Source: Candidatus Aenigmatarchaeota archaeon
Lineage (GTDB): Archaea; Aenigmatarchaeota; Aenigmatarchaeia; QMZP01
Direction: 5' to 3'
DNA: 64,000 bases
NCBI GenBank assembly: GCA_016783545.1
Contig: JADHWJ010000005.1
Location: 1,605 to 65,604, forward strand
Both the position numbers and the translations under genes were made by a program. Shown piece after piece: positions 11,301 to 18,256 of the stretch. Position 1 is the first letter of the stretch; each line of letters begins with the position of its first letter. Under the pieces are notes generated by a model, which was not told the origin of the DNA, did not search any database, and saw only the letters and a list, made by a program, of their open reading frames with translations.

Positions 11301-11834
11301 GTTGATTATGACTGGTATTACTTGGATGATTATGGCGCAAAAGTTTTTGAATTTACTGAAACATTAGGATCTGATGAAACAGTTGAGAGGGATTTCTCAA
11401 TAAGCGTGAACCAGCTGGGTGAAATATATTTCCCAATCAGTGTTGATTATGGGAATGAAGTGAGCCATTCAGAAACCATAATCATCACAGCTGAATGCAA
11501 CCAGAATAGTGTTTGTGAAACAGACCTTACTGAGAATTATTTCAACTGCCCGGATTGCCTGTCTGGCTCAGAAGATGGTGTCTGCGACCTAGTAAATGAC
11601 GGGATAGTGGACCCGGATTGTATAGAAGGCTCTGATTTTGACTATGTTATAGATGCCTGTTCCGATGGGATGCTGAGTGGCGATGAAGAAGGTGTAGATT
11701 GTGGTGGTACTTGTCCTGAATGCTTACCAACTACAAAAGAAGATGTTTTAAAATCAGTGAACTTTTGGATATTGGGGGAAAAGATAATACAAGATATTAT
11801 AGAAACACTTAGGCAATGGATTGGCTGGTTCTAG
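8319..11834 (+). CDS. Giant secreted protein: Cys-rich N-terminal region, transglutaminase-like core, leucine-rich repeats, Cys-rich C-terminus
   Basis: Signal-like N-terminus. Cys/His/Asp triad pattern GTCVDYS...RHAFNIV...VVDVTGN. About six LRRs (LTNLESLYLSSNQILDIDPLKTL...). C-terminal GVDCGGTCPEC motif. Confidence 0.8.
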   Translation: MNKQVITIPVILILFIYMSLMQISAQQNPCIEIDGYAEQHRDECCGQDEDEADPAFVPEYDDCTQNQPCSKEAPCMDMKKCNPETLSCGVADDTCNKGCHKNFPEECWEAPACVDGGCLPPSESVFKENVDCTHKNNGEDISFLECEKDKGKCKKKPDGWDDKTDGEWQYCQPVPKADGTVCTVDNNPCTEDVCYNGECGKPKNVGDACKITSTETSWFAPKDIGDIDGVCTTPDMFPEPFPSIESDMVCCPDEDKDGFYDDMCGGNDCDDSMTDDPYIDCPNPSIPICAKPTASCAFCTNPNSEEICANDIDENCDGITFNGVEIITTPGDGQQLRDPKHPTTVQTLTCKATIEKTPDIEKSSLGFVFDIVTPKKSYQKIMGHDEIECSDDGTVCWADHKISQTLTRLGEDVTCSVKSYRIVNGNKEYSKSCESKLAVPICPPDAGHKKIKPEEMEVDDNGNWKDQKELFTVCAPGLVKFIDEAEDSCSSKGQSEAIYKTCLMDYILKEGLGPGAKFMRGYFAQEICCKGGDFIGPAAIYHCDTVSAFGLGDFCTAKDVPENYKPLDYDSLNCIKKEDQPNKKVWITNGPGWKTKNSCYFEHLPATSSLLVLGTDKGSGQGTGTCVDYSIAVTTLLRMGGFKPNEVYTSFIIRHAFNIVKKPGEEKFSVVDVTGNKPPYAYEKMPGDMCLIKDIMNDVKKMTLNIAENDYNLFVKGCLPEGTIVCENIKYNAVTSGGEIKLSPDSQKTLENEIKKNGDVELENIEDLKCLTSLKLKFLSISNIDPLKTLTNLESLYLSSNQILDIDPLKTLTGLRYLHLSNNQYQDDKLSNIDPLKTLTSLRHLKLNSNQISDIDPLKTLTNLEYLALYYNQISDIDPLKTLTNLKELYLYGNQISPQDCADLENYFKGKGQPVIIDGCPTTQPPITGNMITGNTIQKAAPSEIFSFEVSEPELSDSEKIYDIMITLRNPHDSETDITYFVDQLNFEMETIPNVDYDWYYLDDYGAKVFEFTETLGSDETVERDFSISVNQLGEIYFPISVDYGNEVSHSETIIITAECNQNSVCETDLTENYFNCPDCLSGSEDGVCDLVNDGIVDPDCIEGSDFDYVIDACSDGMLSGDEEGVDCGGTCPECLPTTKEDVLKSVNFWILGEKIIQDIIETLRQWIGWF
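10620..11010 (+). repeat. In-frame periodic DNA repeat encoding the LRR units
   Basis: gacccRctgaaaacNctRacaaRNctt recurs at about 10671, 10737, 10818, 10884 and 10950, a spacing of 66, 81, 66 and 66 nt. Confidence 0.8.
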
Positions 11835-12112
11835 ATATCAATACCGAACGCATTAGAGAACTCTTCAATCTTTTCAAATTCTTGCATGAACTTCTTTCCT
11901 CTTTCAGTGATTTTGTAAAGCATCCTTTCATCTTCTAGTATTTCTTCTATGAACCCCTTTTCCAAAAGAAACTCCAAGTAGCTTTTTAGCCTATCATGGG
12001 AGAGGTTTGAGCCATACATGATGTGCGTGGGCTTTGCTTGTCCACCTTTTTTAGCAATAGAATTAAGCATATCTAGAAATATTCTCATCTTGGAACGTCT
12101 TTCTGAGCTCAT
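11831..12112 (-). CDS. Winged-helix DNA-binding protein (archaeal HTH_45-like)
   Basis: 93 aa with the pattern MRIFLDMLNSIAKKGGQAKPTHIMYGSNLSHDRLKSYLEFLLEKGFIEE. Its start overlaps the stop of the upstream membrane gene by 4 nt. Confidence 0.75.
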   Translation of the reverse strand: MSSERRSKMRIFLDMLNSIAKKGGQAKPTHIMYGSNLSHDRLKSYLEFLLEKGFIEEILEDERMLYKITERGKKFMQEFEKIEEFSNAFGIDI

Positions 12113-12789
12113 AATCGCTCTAATATTGAAGGCTTTTTTCTAATTATTCTTATCAAAACAGTTAGAAGGCTGAGGAATCCCAGCACAAGTATGAAATGTG
12201 CCAGTACATATATTTCTTTGCTGAAAATGTTCAGCAATAATATAGTATGGAAAGCACCTATTGAAAGGAACGCAGCGAATACTGAAAGACTGTTATAATT
12301 CTTTGCTTGCAAAAATCCAACCCAGCTTCTAAAAACAACATATGCTATTAGGAATATGGAAAACATATGAAAGAATGGAAACATGACAAACCATAGAGGT
12401 GCAACAGAGAACATTTTCTGTTTGTAATCTTTTCTATGTAAAGGTAGATACATTAAAACAAACAATCCATATGCAACCAACGATGAGAGATAATATATGT
12501 AATATCCAAAATCAATAACATCAAAGGACTGGTCAAATAGAAGAGCATAGCAATTGTGGATGCAGGAGACTCTTAATGCAAAGAATGTATAAAATCCTGA
12601 TATACTTAGAACAAAAAACCCCATACTGAGTACAACAAAGCCCAGGTAAAGGAAAAAATGCGATCTGTTTGAAGTAAAGTTATGCATTTTAAGTGCATAG
12701 AATGCGACAGTGAAACCTATTACAGAAGCTAACAGGTATATCACTGCATCAAATCCTATGAATGAAAAGGGAACCAAAAGCTGTGGCAT
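12109..12789 (-). CDS. Polytopic membrane protein (about 7 TM), unknown function
   Basis: Seven hydrophobic segments. Translationally coupled to the wHTH gene downstream. Confidence 0.7.
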   Translation of the reverse strand: MPQLLVPFSFIGFDAVIYLLASVIGFTVAFYALKMHNFTSNRSHFFLYLGFVVLSMGFFVLSISGFYTFFALRVSCIHNCYALLFDQSFDVIDFGYYIYYLSSLVAYGLFVLMYLPLHRKDYKQKMFSVAPLWFVMFPFFHMFSIFLIAYVVFRSWVGFLQAKNYNSLSVFAAFLSIGAFHTILLLNIFSKEIYVLAHFILVLGFLSLLTVLIRIIRKKPSILERL

Positions 12790-13242
12790 GCTTTATAATT
12801 GAATGATTATTTTTTATAGTTTCAGCTCTTAAGATATAGACCTATCGTCTATATTTTTTGTTCAGATTTAGCCTTCACAAAAGAGGTTAATAAGCAAAAC
12901 AAAGTAATGATTAGAACTGTAGTCAAGAATTGCAGTCAGATGCGACTGGGGGTGAGCCAATGCCTTTTCAATATCCAGCGGTGAAATACGAGCGGTTTCC
13001 GATGATTCCAATTTTTTGGAGGAGGAAGCTGAATAGGCTTAATGCTTAAATACTTTCTTTTCTAATCATTATATAGCAAGACAAAGTGTAATAGCTTGTC
13101 TTACTTTCACAACTCATTGAACCATTTCAAAGAGAACAGCGAAACACTTATTCTTGAGTATATTGTTAGCCGAAATCTCCTCGTCTTTTGAAAGAAATTT
13201 GCATGGAATTGCAAGAACCGATTCTCTGAAAGGAGGAACAGC

Positions 13243-13374
13243 ATGGCAAAGAAAGCGGCTAAGAAGGATCCTAGGGTGAGATCGGATTTCTTTGGCCGTC
13301 ATCTCACCATCAAAGCCTGTGCAAAGAAGTACGGGTTATCGATCTGTGCTGTGAGGAGAATACTCGGATATTAG
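13243..13374 (+). CDS. Possible 43-aa HTH peptide in GC-rich island 2
   Basis: Own translation: MAKKAAKKDPRVRSDFFGRHLTIKACAKKYGLSICAVRRILGY. AAAGGAGG lies 6 nt upstream. The HTH-like segment resembles transposase or resolvase N-terminal HTHs. Confidence 0.3.
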   Translation: MAKKAAKKDPRVRSDFFGRHLTIKACAKKYGLSICAVRRILGY

Positions 13375-13940
13375 TAATGTGTGCGCATTGGCCCTTCCGA
13401 TGGCGATTGGAGGAAGTGTATGATGGCTGCGTTCTTGGCGTTAAGGGTCGAGACGAGCTGAACAAGAAGAAAAAGTAAAGCTCTGGAGTAGGGAGTATAA
13501 TCGATCCGATCGCAACTCCCTGCTCCGAACAGATTCACCTCTGGTAATCCCGCTCCCGTGGCCTGCTGTACCCAAGGGGCGCAGGCGCTCGCCGGATTGG
13601 AAGGATTGCCATATGAAGAGGATAAGATATGCGCCTGCGCCCTGAAAACTCAATTTCCAGACAACAGTGGCCTCTGATAGACTGAAAGGAGGTGAATGCT
13701 TTTGGCGAGGAAGGCAGCTAAGGTCCGAAGAAGTCGCAGAGCCAGCAAGAGGAGATAGGCCAAGAAGAAAAAGTGCGGTCTGTCTTGTGCGTGATAGAGA
13801 GAGTCTCTGACTCGCTCTAACAATCTCTACTCGCAGGGGCAAGCAGCGCACGAAGAAGTATGTGCCACTTCCTGTTGCCCCTTTATATTGTCTATTAAGC
13901 GGGATATAATGTAAGATATTGTTATGAAAAAAATCTAAAA

Positions 13941-14219
13941 TGCAACCGCCGGGATTTCCGAATTTTTTCTGGAAGGCCTTGACCTCTTTATTCGAACCCG
14001 GATCACAAGCTATCTTCTTTTTCTTGGAAGCGATCTGATTTCGAAGAAATCAGGAAGCTCCTTTTTGATGAAGCTTTTTGTTGAAAAAGCTTCTTGGAAG
14101 GCTTGGGTCCTTTAATGGAATGTTTTGGAAGCCATAATTTTTGCGAAGCAAAAATAGGCTCCTTTCTTGCTAAAGCTTCTTTGTTGAAAAGAAGCTTTCT
14201 ACCATTAGACTACGGTTGC
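13941..14219 (-). tRNA. tRNA-Gly(UCC) interrupted by about three intron regions (D-loop ~89 nt, canonical 37/38 ~83 nt, T-loop ~36 nt)
   Basis: Manually assembled exons:
- Acceptor GCAACCG/CGGTTGC with discriminator A.
- D arm GTCT-AATGGTA...GGAC.
- Anticodon arm CAAGC-CTTCCA[intron]A-GCTTG.
- T arm CCGGG-TTCGAAT[intron]-CCCGG.
Exons total 71 nt; 71+89+83+36 = 279, the gene length. Oligo-T follows the 3' end. The exon sequence resembles archaeal tRNA-Gly. Confidence 0.75.
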
Positions 14220-14240
14220 ACTATTAGAAATAATTAGTTT

Positions 14241-14300
14241 TATTTTATAAATAAAGATTTCCACTGATCTTGGATCAGTGGTTATTATTTAGGAAAATAT
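14241..14300 (-). promoter_or_regulatory. tRNA-Gly promoter (TATA/BRE about 29 nt upstream) plus a conserved upstream block shared with tRNA-Pro
   Basis: tttataaataaagatttccactg ... tattatttaggaaaata is shared with 16923-16984. A perfect hairpin ccactgat-cttg-gatcagtgg is present in this copy. Confidence 0.5.
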
Positions 14301-14375
14301 CTTAATTATCATGCAAATAATAGGTTAACCAATTGGAACATCCCATCAATCTATTGAACAGTGATAATTGAGATA

Positions 14376-16004
14376 CTATGCTGCTTCTATATAGACAGGG
14401 GTCTTTCCCAGCTTGATTTTTATGGGATTACCTCTTATTTCCTCAGATTTGAAGTCTTTATTATACTTTACCTCAGCACCAACTGCTTTCTTTGGAATAG
14501 TTTCTGTGACCAAAGCGCTGTCAAAATTCAGTCTGATTTCTGACTGTTTCTTTTCAATACAGTCTTTCTCACATTTATTCACACAGTTATCCATTCCCAT
14601 ATAATCTCCCTTATTTTCATTTATGCAGCTATTAACGCATTTTTCATTTCTTGGGCATTTTTTCCACCAGTCCCACCAGGCAACAATCACTGTTTTCCCA
14701 TTTTTGCTGAATTTGTATGCATATGCATCCTTGGGCGTGTTGATAGTTTCGATATTATCCCAATCAGAGCCTCTTAACATCTCTATGAGTTTCTTAAAAG
14801 AATAATAGCTGAGTTTTTTTACACCCCATCCAGGATCTGGGCAGGGATTCCAGGTCTTGGGGTCGCATTTTTCATCCCCTTTTCCGTTTGGGACTCCATT
14901 ATAAATTAGTCCCATGTTATTGAATTTCACATGTAGGTCACCCTGATATATATCATGCTCGAAAATGGTTGACCAAGGAATTTTCTTTGCACCGTTTGCG
15001 ATATTAAAAACAAATTTCTTGACAAGATATTCTGCTTGGTCATGTTCGGTCTGGTAGGTGCTCATAAATTCTTTTCTTTCTTCAAGGTCTATGCCAGTGT
15101 ATGTTGCACCAGCTCTTATCAGAACCTCTTTTTCTCCATAGTCGTATTTCTCTAGGAAATCATAGATATCCTGAACAGTAACATCCTTTAGGTTATTTTG
15201 GTAGGTGTGGAGCCATCCAAACCAGTGATTCTCAAAGTAATCAAAAACAGCGTATTCGGTATCTGAAGCTTTTAGTTCCTTAAAAACTGCTTCATAGAAA
15301 ATTATATCACCACTGTTTGGGGTAAGAATATCAAAGCCTTCTGCCAGTCCGCCCAGAACGATTTTTGATTTGGGCGATAGTTTTCTTATAATCTCAGCAG
15401 AATCAACAGCAAAATTCACATAGGCTTTGGCAGCACTTTCAGTGTCTCCAAACGTTGATTTATACTCTGATTTTATCTCATTGAAGAGGTTCCATCTCGC
15501 GACATACCATTCAGGATTATTAGATTTCTTTTTTCCATAATCATTCACATGGTTTATAAGGGCTGTCAGATAGTTTCTGTAGGCCTGTCTTGAAACAGGG
15601 CCGTCTGGATGAAAGCTTTTTCCTCTCTCCCTTTCCTTGCCGTCAGTGAATTCGTTTTTGGTTATGGGATGCAAAACTATCCATAGGTTCGCATTTCCTT
15701 TACCAACAACCTCATCAATTAGTTTGTCAGCGTCGCTGAAATCATATCTCACTTTTTTGCATTTCTTATTTTCGCATATTTCCTCTTCTTTACGACTTAA
15801 AGAATCAACAACAAAGCCGGCTTCGCCATTGGTTTCACTTAGACCAAGATCTAATAGAACATCTCCTAATTTGTTTAGGGGTTCCCTTCCCTCATTGTGC
15901 GTGGTTGGGTTGCTTAAACCAAACGGCATTTCTGTCGATTTTTCTATCTGAACACAGCCACTGACCAGAACTAATAATATCAAACCAAAGATTATAAGTT
16001 TCAT
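14376..16004 (-). CDS. Secreted lipoprotein, clan GH-A-like glycoside hydrolase (tentative)
   Basis: Lipobox-like LVLVSGC after the signal peptide. WNLFNEI (NE acid/base-like motif) in a TIM-barrel-sized domain. Cys-rich segment near the C-terminus. Confidence 0.55.
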   Translation of the reverse strand: MKLIIFGLILLVLVSGCVQIEKSTEMPFGLSNPTTHNEGREPLNKLGDVLLDLGLSETNGEAGFVVDSLSRKEEEICENKKCKKVRYDFSDADKLIDEVVGKGNANLWIVLHPITKNEFTDGKERERGKSFHPDGPVSRQAYRNYLTALINHVNDYGKKKSNNPEWYVARWNLFNEIKSEYKSTFGDTESAAKAYVNFAVDSAEIIRKLSPKSKIVLGGLAEGFDILTPNSGDIIFYEAVFKELKASDTEYAVFDYFENHWFGWLHTYQNNLKDVTVQDIYDFLEKYDYGEKEVLIRAGATYTGIDLEERKEFMSTYQTEHDQAEYLVKKFVFNIANGAKKIPWSTIFEHDIYQGDLHVKFNNMGLIYNGVPNGKGDEKCDPKTWNPCPDPGWGVKKLSYYSFKKLIEMLRGSDWDNIETINTPKDAYAYKFSKNGKTVIVAWWDWWKKCPRNEKCVNSCINENKGDYMGMDNCVNKCEKDCIEKKQSEIRLNFDSALVTETIPKKAVGAEVKYNKDFKSEEIRGNPIKIKLGKTPVYIEAA

Positions 16005-16053
16005 TACTTAATTATTGTTTTTTTTATAATAAATTTACGTTTCCGCGGTTCAG

Positions 16054-16635
16054 CTAAAAATTAAAGTCAATTTCTTCCAGTTCTTCTTCTTTCTTTGATT
16101 TTTTCTTTGCTGGAGAAAAATCTGTTTTTTCTTTAACAGGTTTCTTTGGTTCTGGAACTGCTCTTTCAACCGCTTCTTCAATACCCTTTTCTATGTCACT
16201 TGGGTTTTCAAGTTCAGCAGATTCTATTTTTTCTGCAATCTTATCAAGCATTTCCTCATTCATTTTTTTGACCTGTAAAACAGCTTCAATGCTTACAGGA
16301 CCTTCATTTGCAAATCTTGGTATTACATGAAAATGTACATGTGGAACCATCTGACCTGCTACTGCACCATTACTTTGAACAATATTAGCTCCCTGAGCTT
16401 TCATTGCATTTATTGCTTTCACAGCAACATTTCTAACACTCTGAAAAACATTTCCTATGTCTTCATTTTTCATTTCAAAAATAGTGCCTGCATGGTCCTT
16501 TGGTATAACTAATGTATGTCCGGGGTTTCTTGGATTTATGTCTAAAATTGCAATTACGTATGAATCTTCATATACCTTTTTAGCAGGTATTTTACCTGCA
16601 ATTATACCACAAAATATACATTGATTTTCTGTCAT
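16054..16635 (-). CDS. HIT-family nucleotide hydrolase/transferase with an extended charged C-terminal tail
   Basis: CIFCGII at the N-terminus and the histidine triad HVHFHVIP. About 55 aa of extra Lys/Glu-rich tail. Confidence 0.9.
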   Translation of the reverse strand: MTENQCIFCGIIAGKIPAKKVYEDSYVIAILDINPRNPGHTLVIPKDHAGTIFEMKNEDIGNVFQSVRNVAVKAINAMKAQGANIVQSNGAVAGQMVPHVHFHVIPRFANEGPVSIEAVLQVKKMNEEMLDKIAEKIESAELENPSDIEKGIEEAVERAVPEPKKPVKEKTDFSPAKKKSKKEEELEEIDFNF

Positions 16636-16720
16636 ATCTATCCTCTCAAATCGAATAGTATCAGTTGTTATTGATATTTATAAGCTTTACTTAAAAGCAT
16701 TCTCATACTTTTTAGTAAAA

Positions 16721-16899
16721 TGGGACTACCCGGATTTTCAGTTTTGCTGAAAATGTTTTGCTTCAGCAAAATAATTTGAACCGGGGTCTCGAGCTGTTTT
16801 TGAGCCATTCTTTCTTTTCCTTGAGGCTTTCTTGCGAAAGCTTCTGAAAGAAAGGCTCACCCAAAGCTCGGATGCTAGACCAAACTACACTATAGTCCC
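16721..16899 (-). tRNA. tRNA-Pro(UGG) with two introns (canonical 37/38 ~64 nt, T-loop ~40 nt)
   Basis: Manually assembled exons:
- Acceptor GGGACTA/TAGTCCC.
- Anticodon arm CGAGC-TTTGGG[intron]A-GCTCG.
- GAGACCCCGGTTCAAAT[intron]CCGGG matches archaeal tRNA-Pro.
Exons total 75 nt; 75+64+40 = 179, the gene length. Oligo-T follows the 3' end. Confidence 0.8.
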
Positions 16900-16920
16900 T
16901 TATAATAAAATATTATGTTT

Positions 16921-16984
16921 TTGTTTATAAATAAAGATTTCCACTGGTTAAGACTAGTGACTATTATTTAGGAAAATACCTTAG
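16921..16984 (-). promoter_or_regulatory. tRNA-Pro promoter plus conserved upstream block (second copy), abutting the tRNA-Thr 3' end
   Basis: Shares 23 nt and 17 nt identical segments with 14244-14300. TATA-like tttatttataaa lies about 28-30 nt upstream of the tRNA-Pro 5' end. Confidence 0.5.
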
Positions 16985-17090
16985 AGCCCCTGAGGCGATT
17001 TGAACGCCTAACCTACTGCTTACGAAGCAGTTGCTCTGGAACGCAAAACTGTGTAAAAAACAGAGTTTTGTACCGTTGAGCTACAGAGGC
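16985..17090 (-). tRNA. tRNA-Thr(CGU) with a ~34-nt intron at the D-loop/D-stem junction
   Basis: Manually assembled exons:
- Acceptor GCCTCTG/CAGGGGC (one G-U pair).
- D arm GCTC-AACGGTA[intron caaaactctgttttttacacagttttgcgttcca]GAGC.
- Anticodon arm ACTGC-TTCGTAA-GCAGT.
- T arm AGGCG-TTCAAAT-CGCCT.
- Discriminator U. Confidence 0.8.
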
Positions 17091-17123
17091 ATATTATTTA
17101 ATTAACAAAATCAATTATAAAAT

Positions 17124-18230
17124 ATGCCCGTTCCTTTCAAAAAAGCCCTTTTCTGGAAGAAATCTATTTTTAAGACAGTTCAATGTCAACTTTGCCCAAG
17201 AAATTGTAAGATAGCTGAGAACCAAAAAGGTTTTTGTAGAGTAAAGGAAAATATACAGGGTAATCTATATTCTTTGGTTTATGGAAAACCATGTTCAGTG
17301 AACGTTGATCCAATAGAAAAGAAGCCATTATTTCACTTTGCTCCTGGAACACAGTGTCTTTCAATAGCCACTGTTGGATGCAATCTTAATTGCAAATTCT
17401 GTCAGAACTGGGAGATCTCAAGAGCTGAAGAAATTACAGAAAATGAAGTGGGAGGGTTTTTGGCTCCACAGACTTTTGTTGGAAGCCCTCAGGCTCCAAA
17501 AGGCTGTGATGAAATGAACCCAGAAGCTGTTGTGGAATTTGCAAAAAAATACAATGTACCTGGAATTGCATATACATATACAGAACCCACCATAGCACTG
17601 GAATATTATTTAGATATAATGAAACTTGCAAGAAAGGAAGGTCTTTACAATATATGGGTATCTAATGGTTATATTAATCCACTTCCAGCAAAGAAGGCTG
17701 CAAGATTTTTGGATGCAATAAACATGGATCTAAAGGGAGATTCTTTCTTTTATCAAAGCCTTTGTGGAGTTCCTAATGAAAATCCAATGAAAAATGCATT
17801 GAAAATATACAAAGAAAACGGCGTTTGGATAGAAATAACTAATCTCCTAATACCTGGTTTCAATGATAAGAAAAACCATATAGAAAAACTAGTAAAATGG
17901 GTCAAATCAAATCTTGGTATTGAAACACCTATTCATTTTTCCAGGTTTTATCCTCAATATAAAATGGTAAATAAAGAAAAAACCCCTCTAGAGACATTGA
18001 AGATGGCAGCGAATGTTGCTGATGATCTCTCTATGTGGCATGTTTACTTGGGAAATATTCAAAAAAATGCTAGAGAAAGCACATATTGCCCACATTGCGG
18101 AAAACTGGTAATAGAGCGGTTTGGGTATAAAATAATGAAAATGAATTTAAAATCCCTTAATAAAAAGAACTGGAAAAAACCGAATTATATGTGTAATTTT
18201 TGTGGAAAAAAACTTTTAATATTTGGATAA
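17124..18230 (+). CDS. amrS: AmmeMemoRadiSam-system radical SAM enzyme (PFL-activase-like)
   Basis: N-terminal CQLCPRNCKI...GFCRVKEN Cys cluster plus the radical SAM motif GCNLNCKFCQNWEIS. C-terminal CPHCG...CNFCG zinc ribbon. Confidence 0.8.
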   Translation: MPVPFKKALFWKKSIFKTVQCQLCPRNCKIAENQKGFCRVKENIQGNLYSLVYGKPCSVNVDPIEKKPLFHFAPGTQCLSIATVGCNLNCKFCQNWEISRAEEITENEVGGFLAPQTFVGSPQAPKGCDEMNPEAVVEFAKKYNVPGIAYTYTEPTIALEYYLDIMKLARKEGLYNIWVSNGYINPLPAKKAARFLDAINMDLKGDSFFYQSLCGVPNENPMKNALKIYKENGVWIEITNLLIPGFNDKKNHIEKLVKWVKSNLGIETPIHFSRFYPQYKMVNKEKTPLETLKMAANVADDLSMWHVYLGNIQKNARESTYCPHCGKLVIERFGYKIMKMNLKSLNKKNWKKPNYMCNFCGKKLLIFG

Positions 18231-18256
18231 TTTGATAATATTGTGTAATCTATCTC

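Noticed and set aside
12914-13040. C/D-box sRNA (AUGAUUA ... GAUGAUU ... CUGA)
   Set aside because: The boxes are imperfect and spaced over about 125 nt, far longer than archaeal C/D sRNAs. No terminal stem or k-turn context is present.
13700-13745. GGTCCGAAGAAGTCGCAGAGCC as SRP RNA helix 8
   Set aside because: It superficially resembles GGUCCGGAAGGAAGCAGCC. However, it cannot form the tetraloop-closed stem, because the complementary GGA is missing.
13441-13851. 136-aa minus-strand ORF in GC-rich island 2
   Set aside because: Its Ser/Leu/Arg-dominated sequence has no motifs, as is typical of a chance ORF in GC-rich non-coding DNA. The region contains strong RNA-like helices instead.
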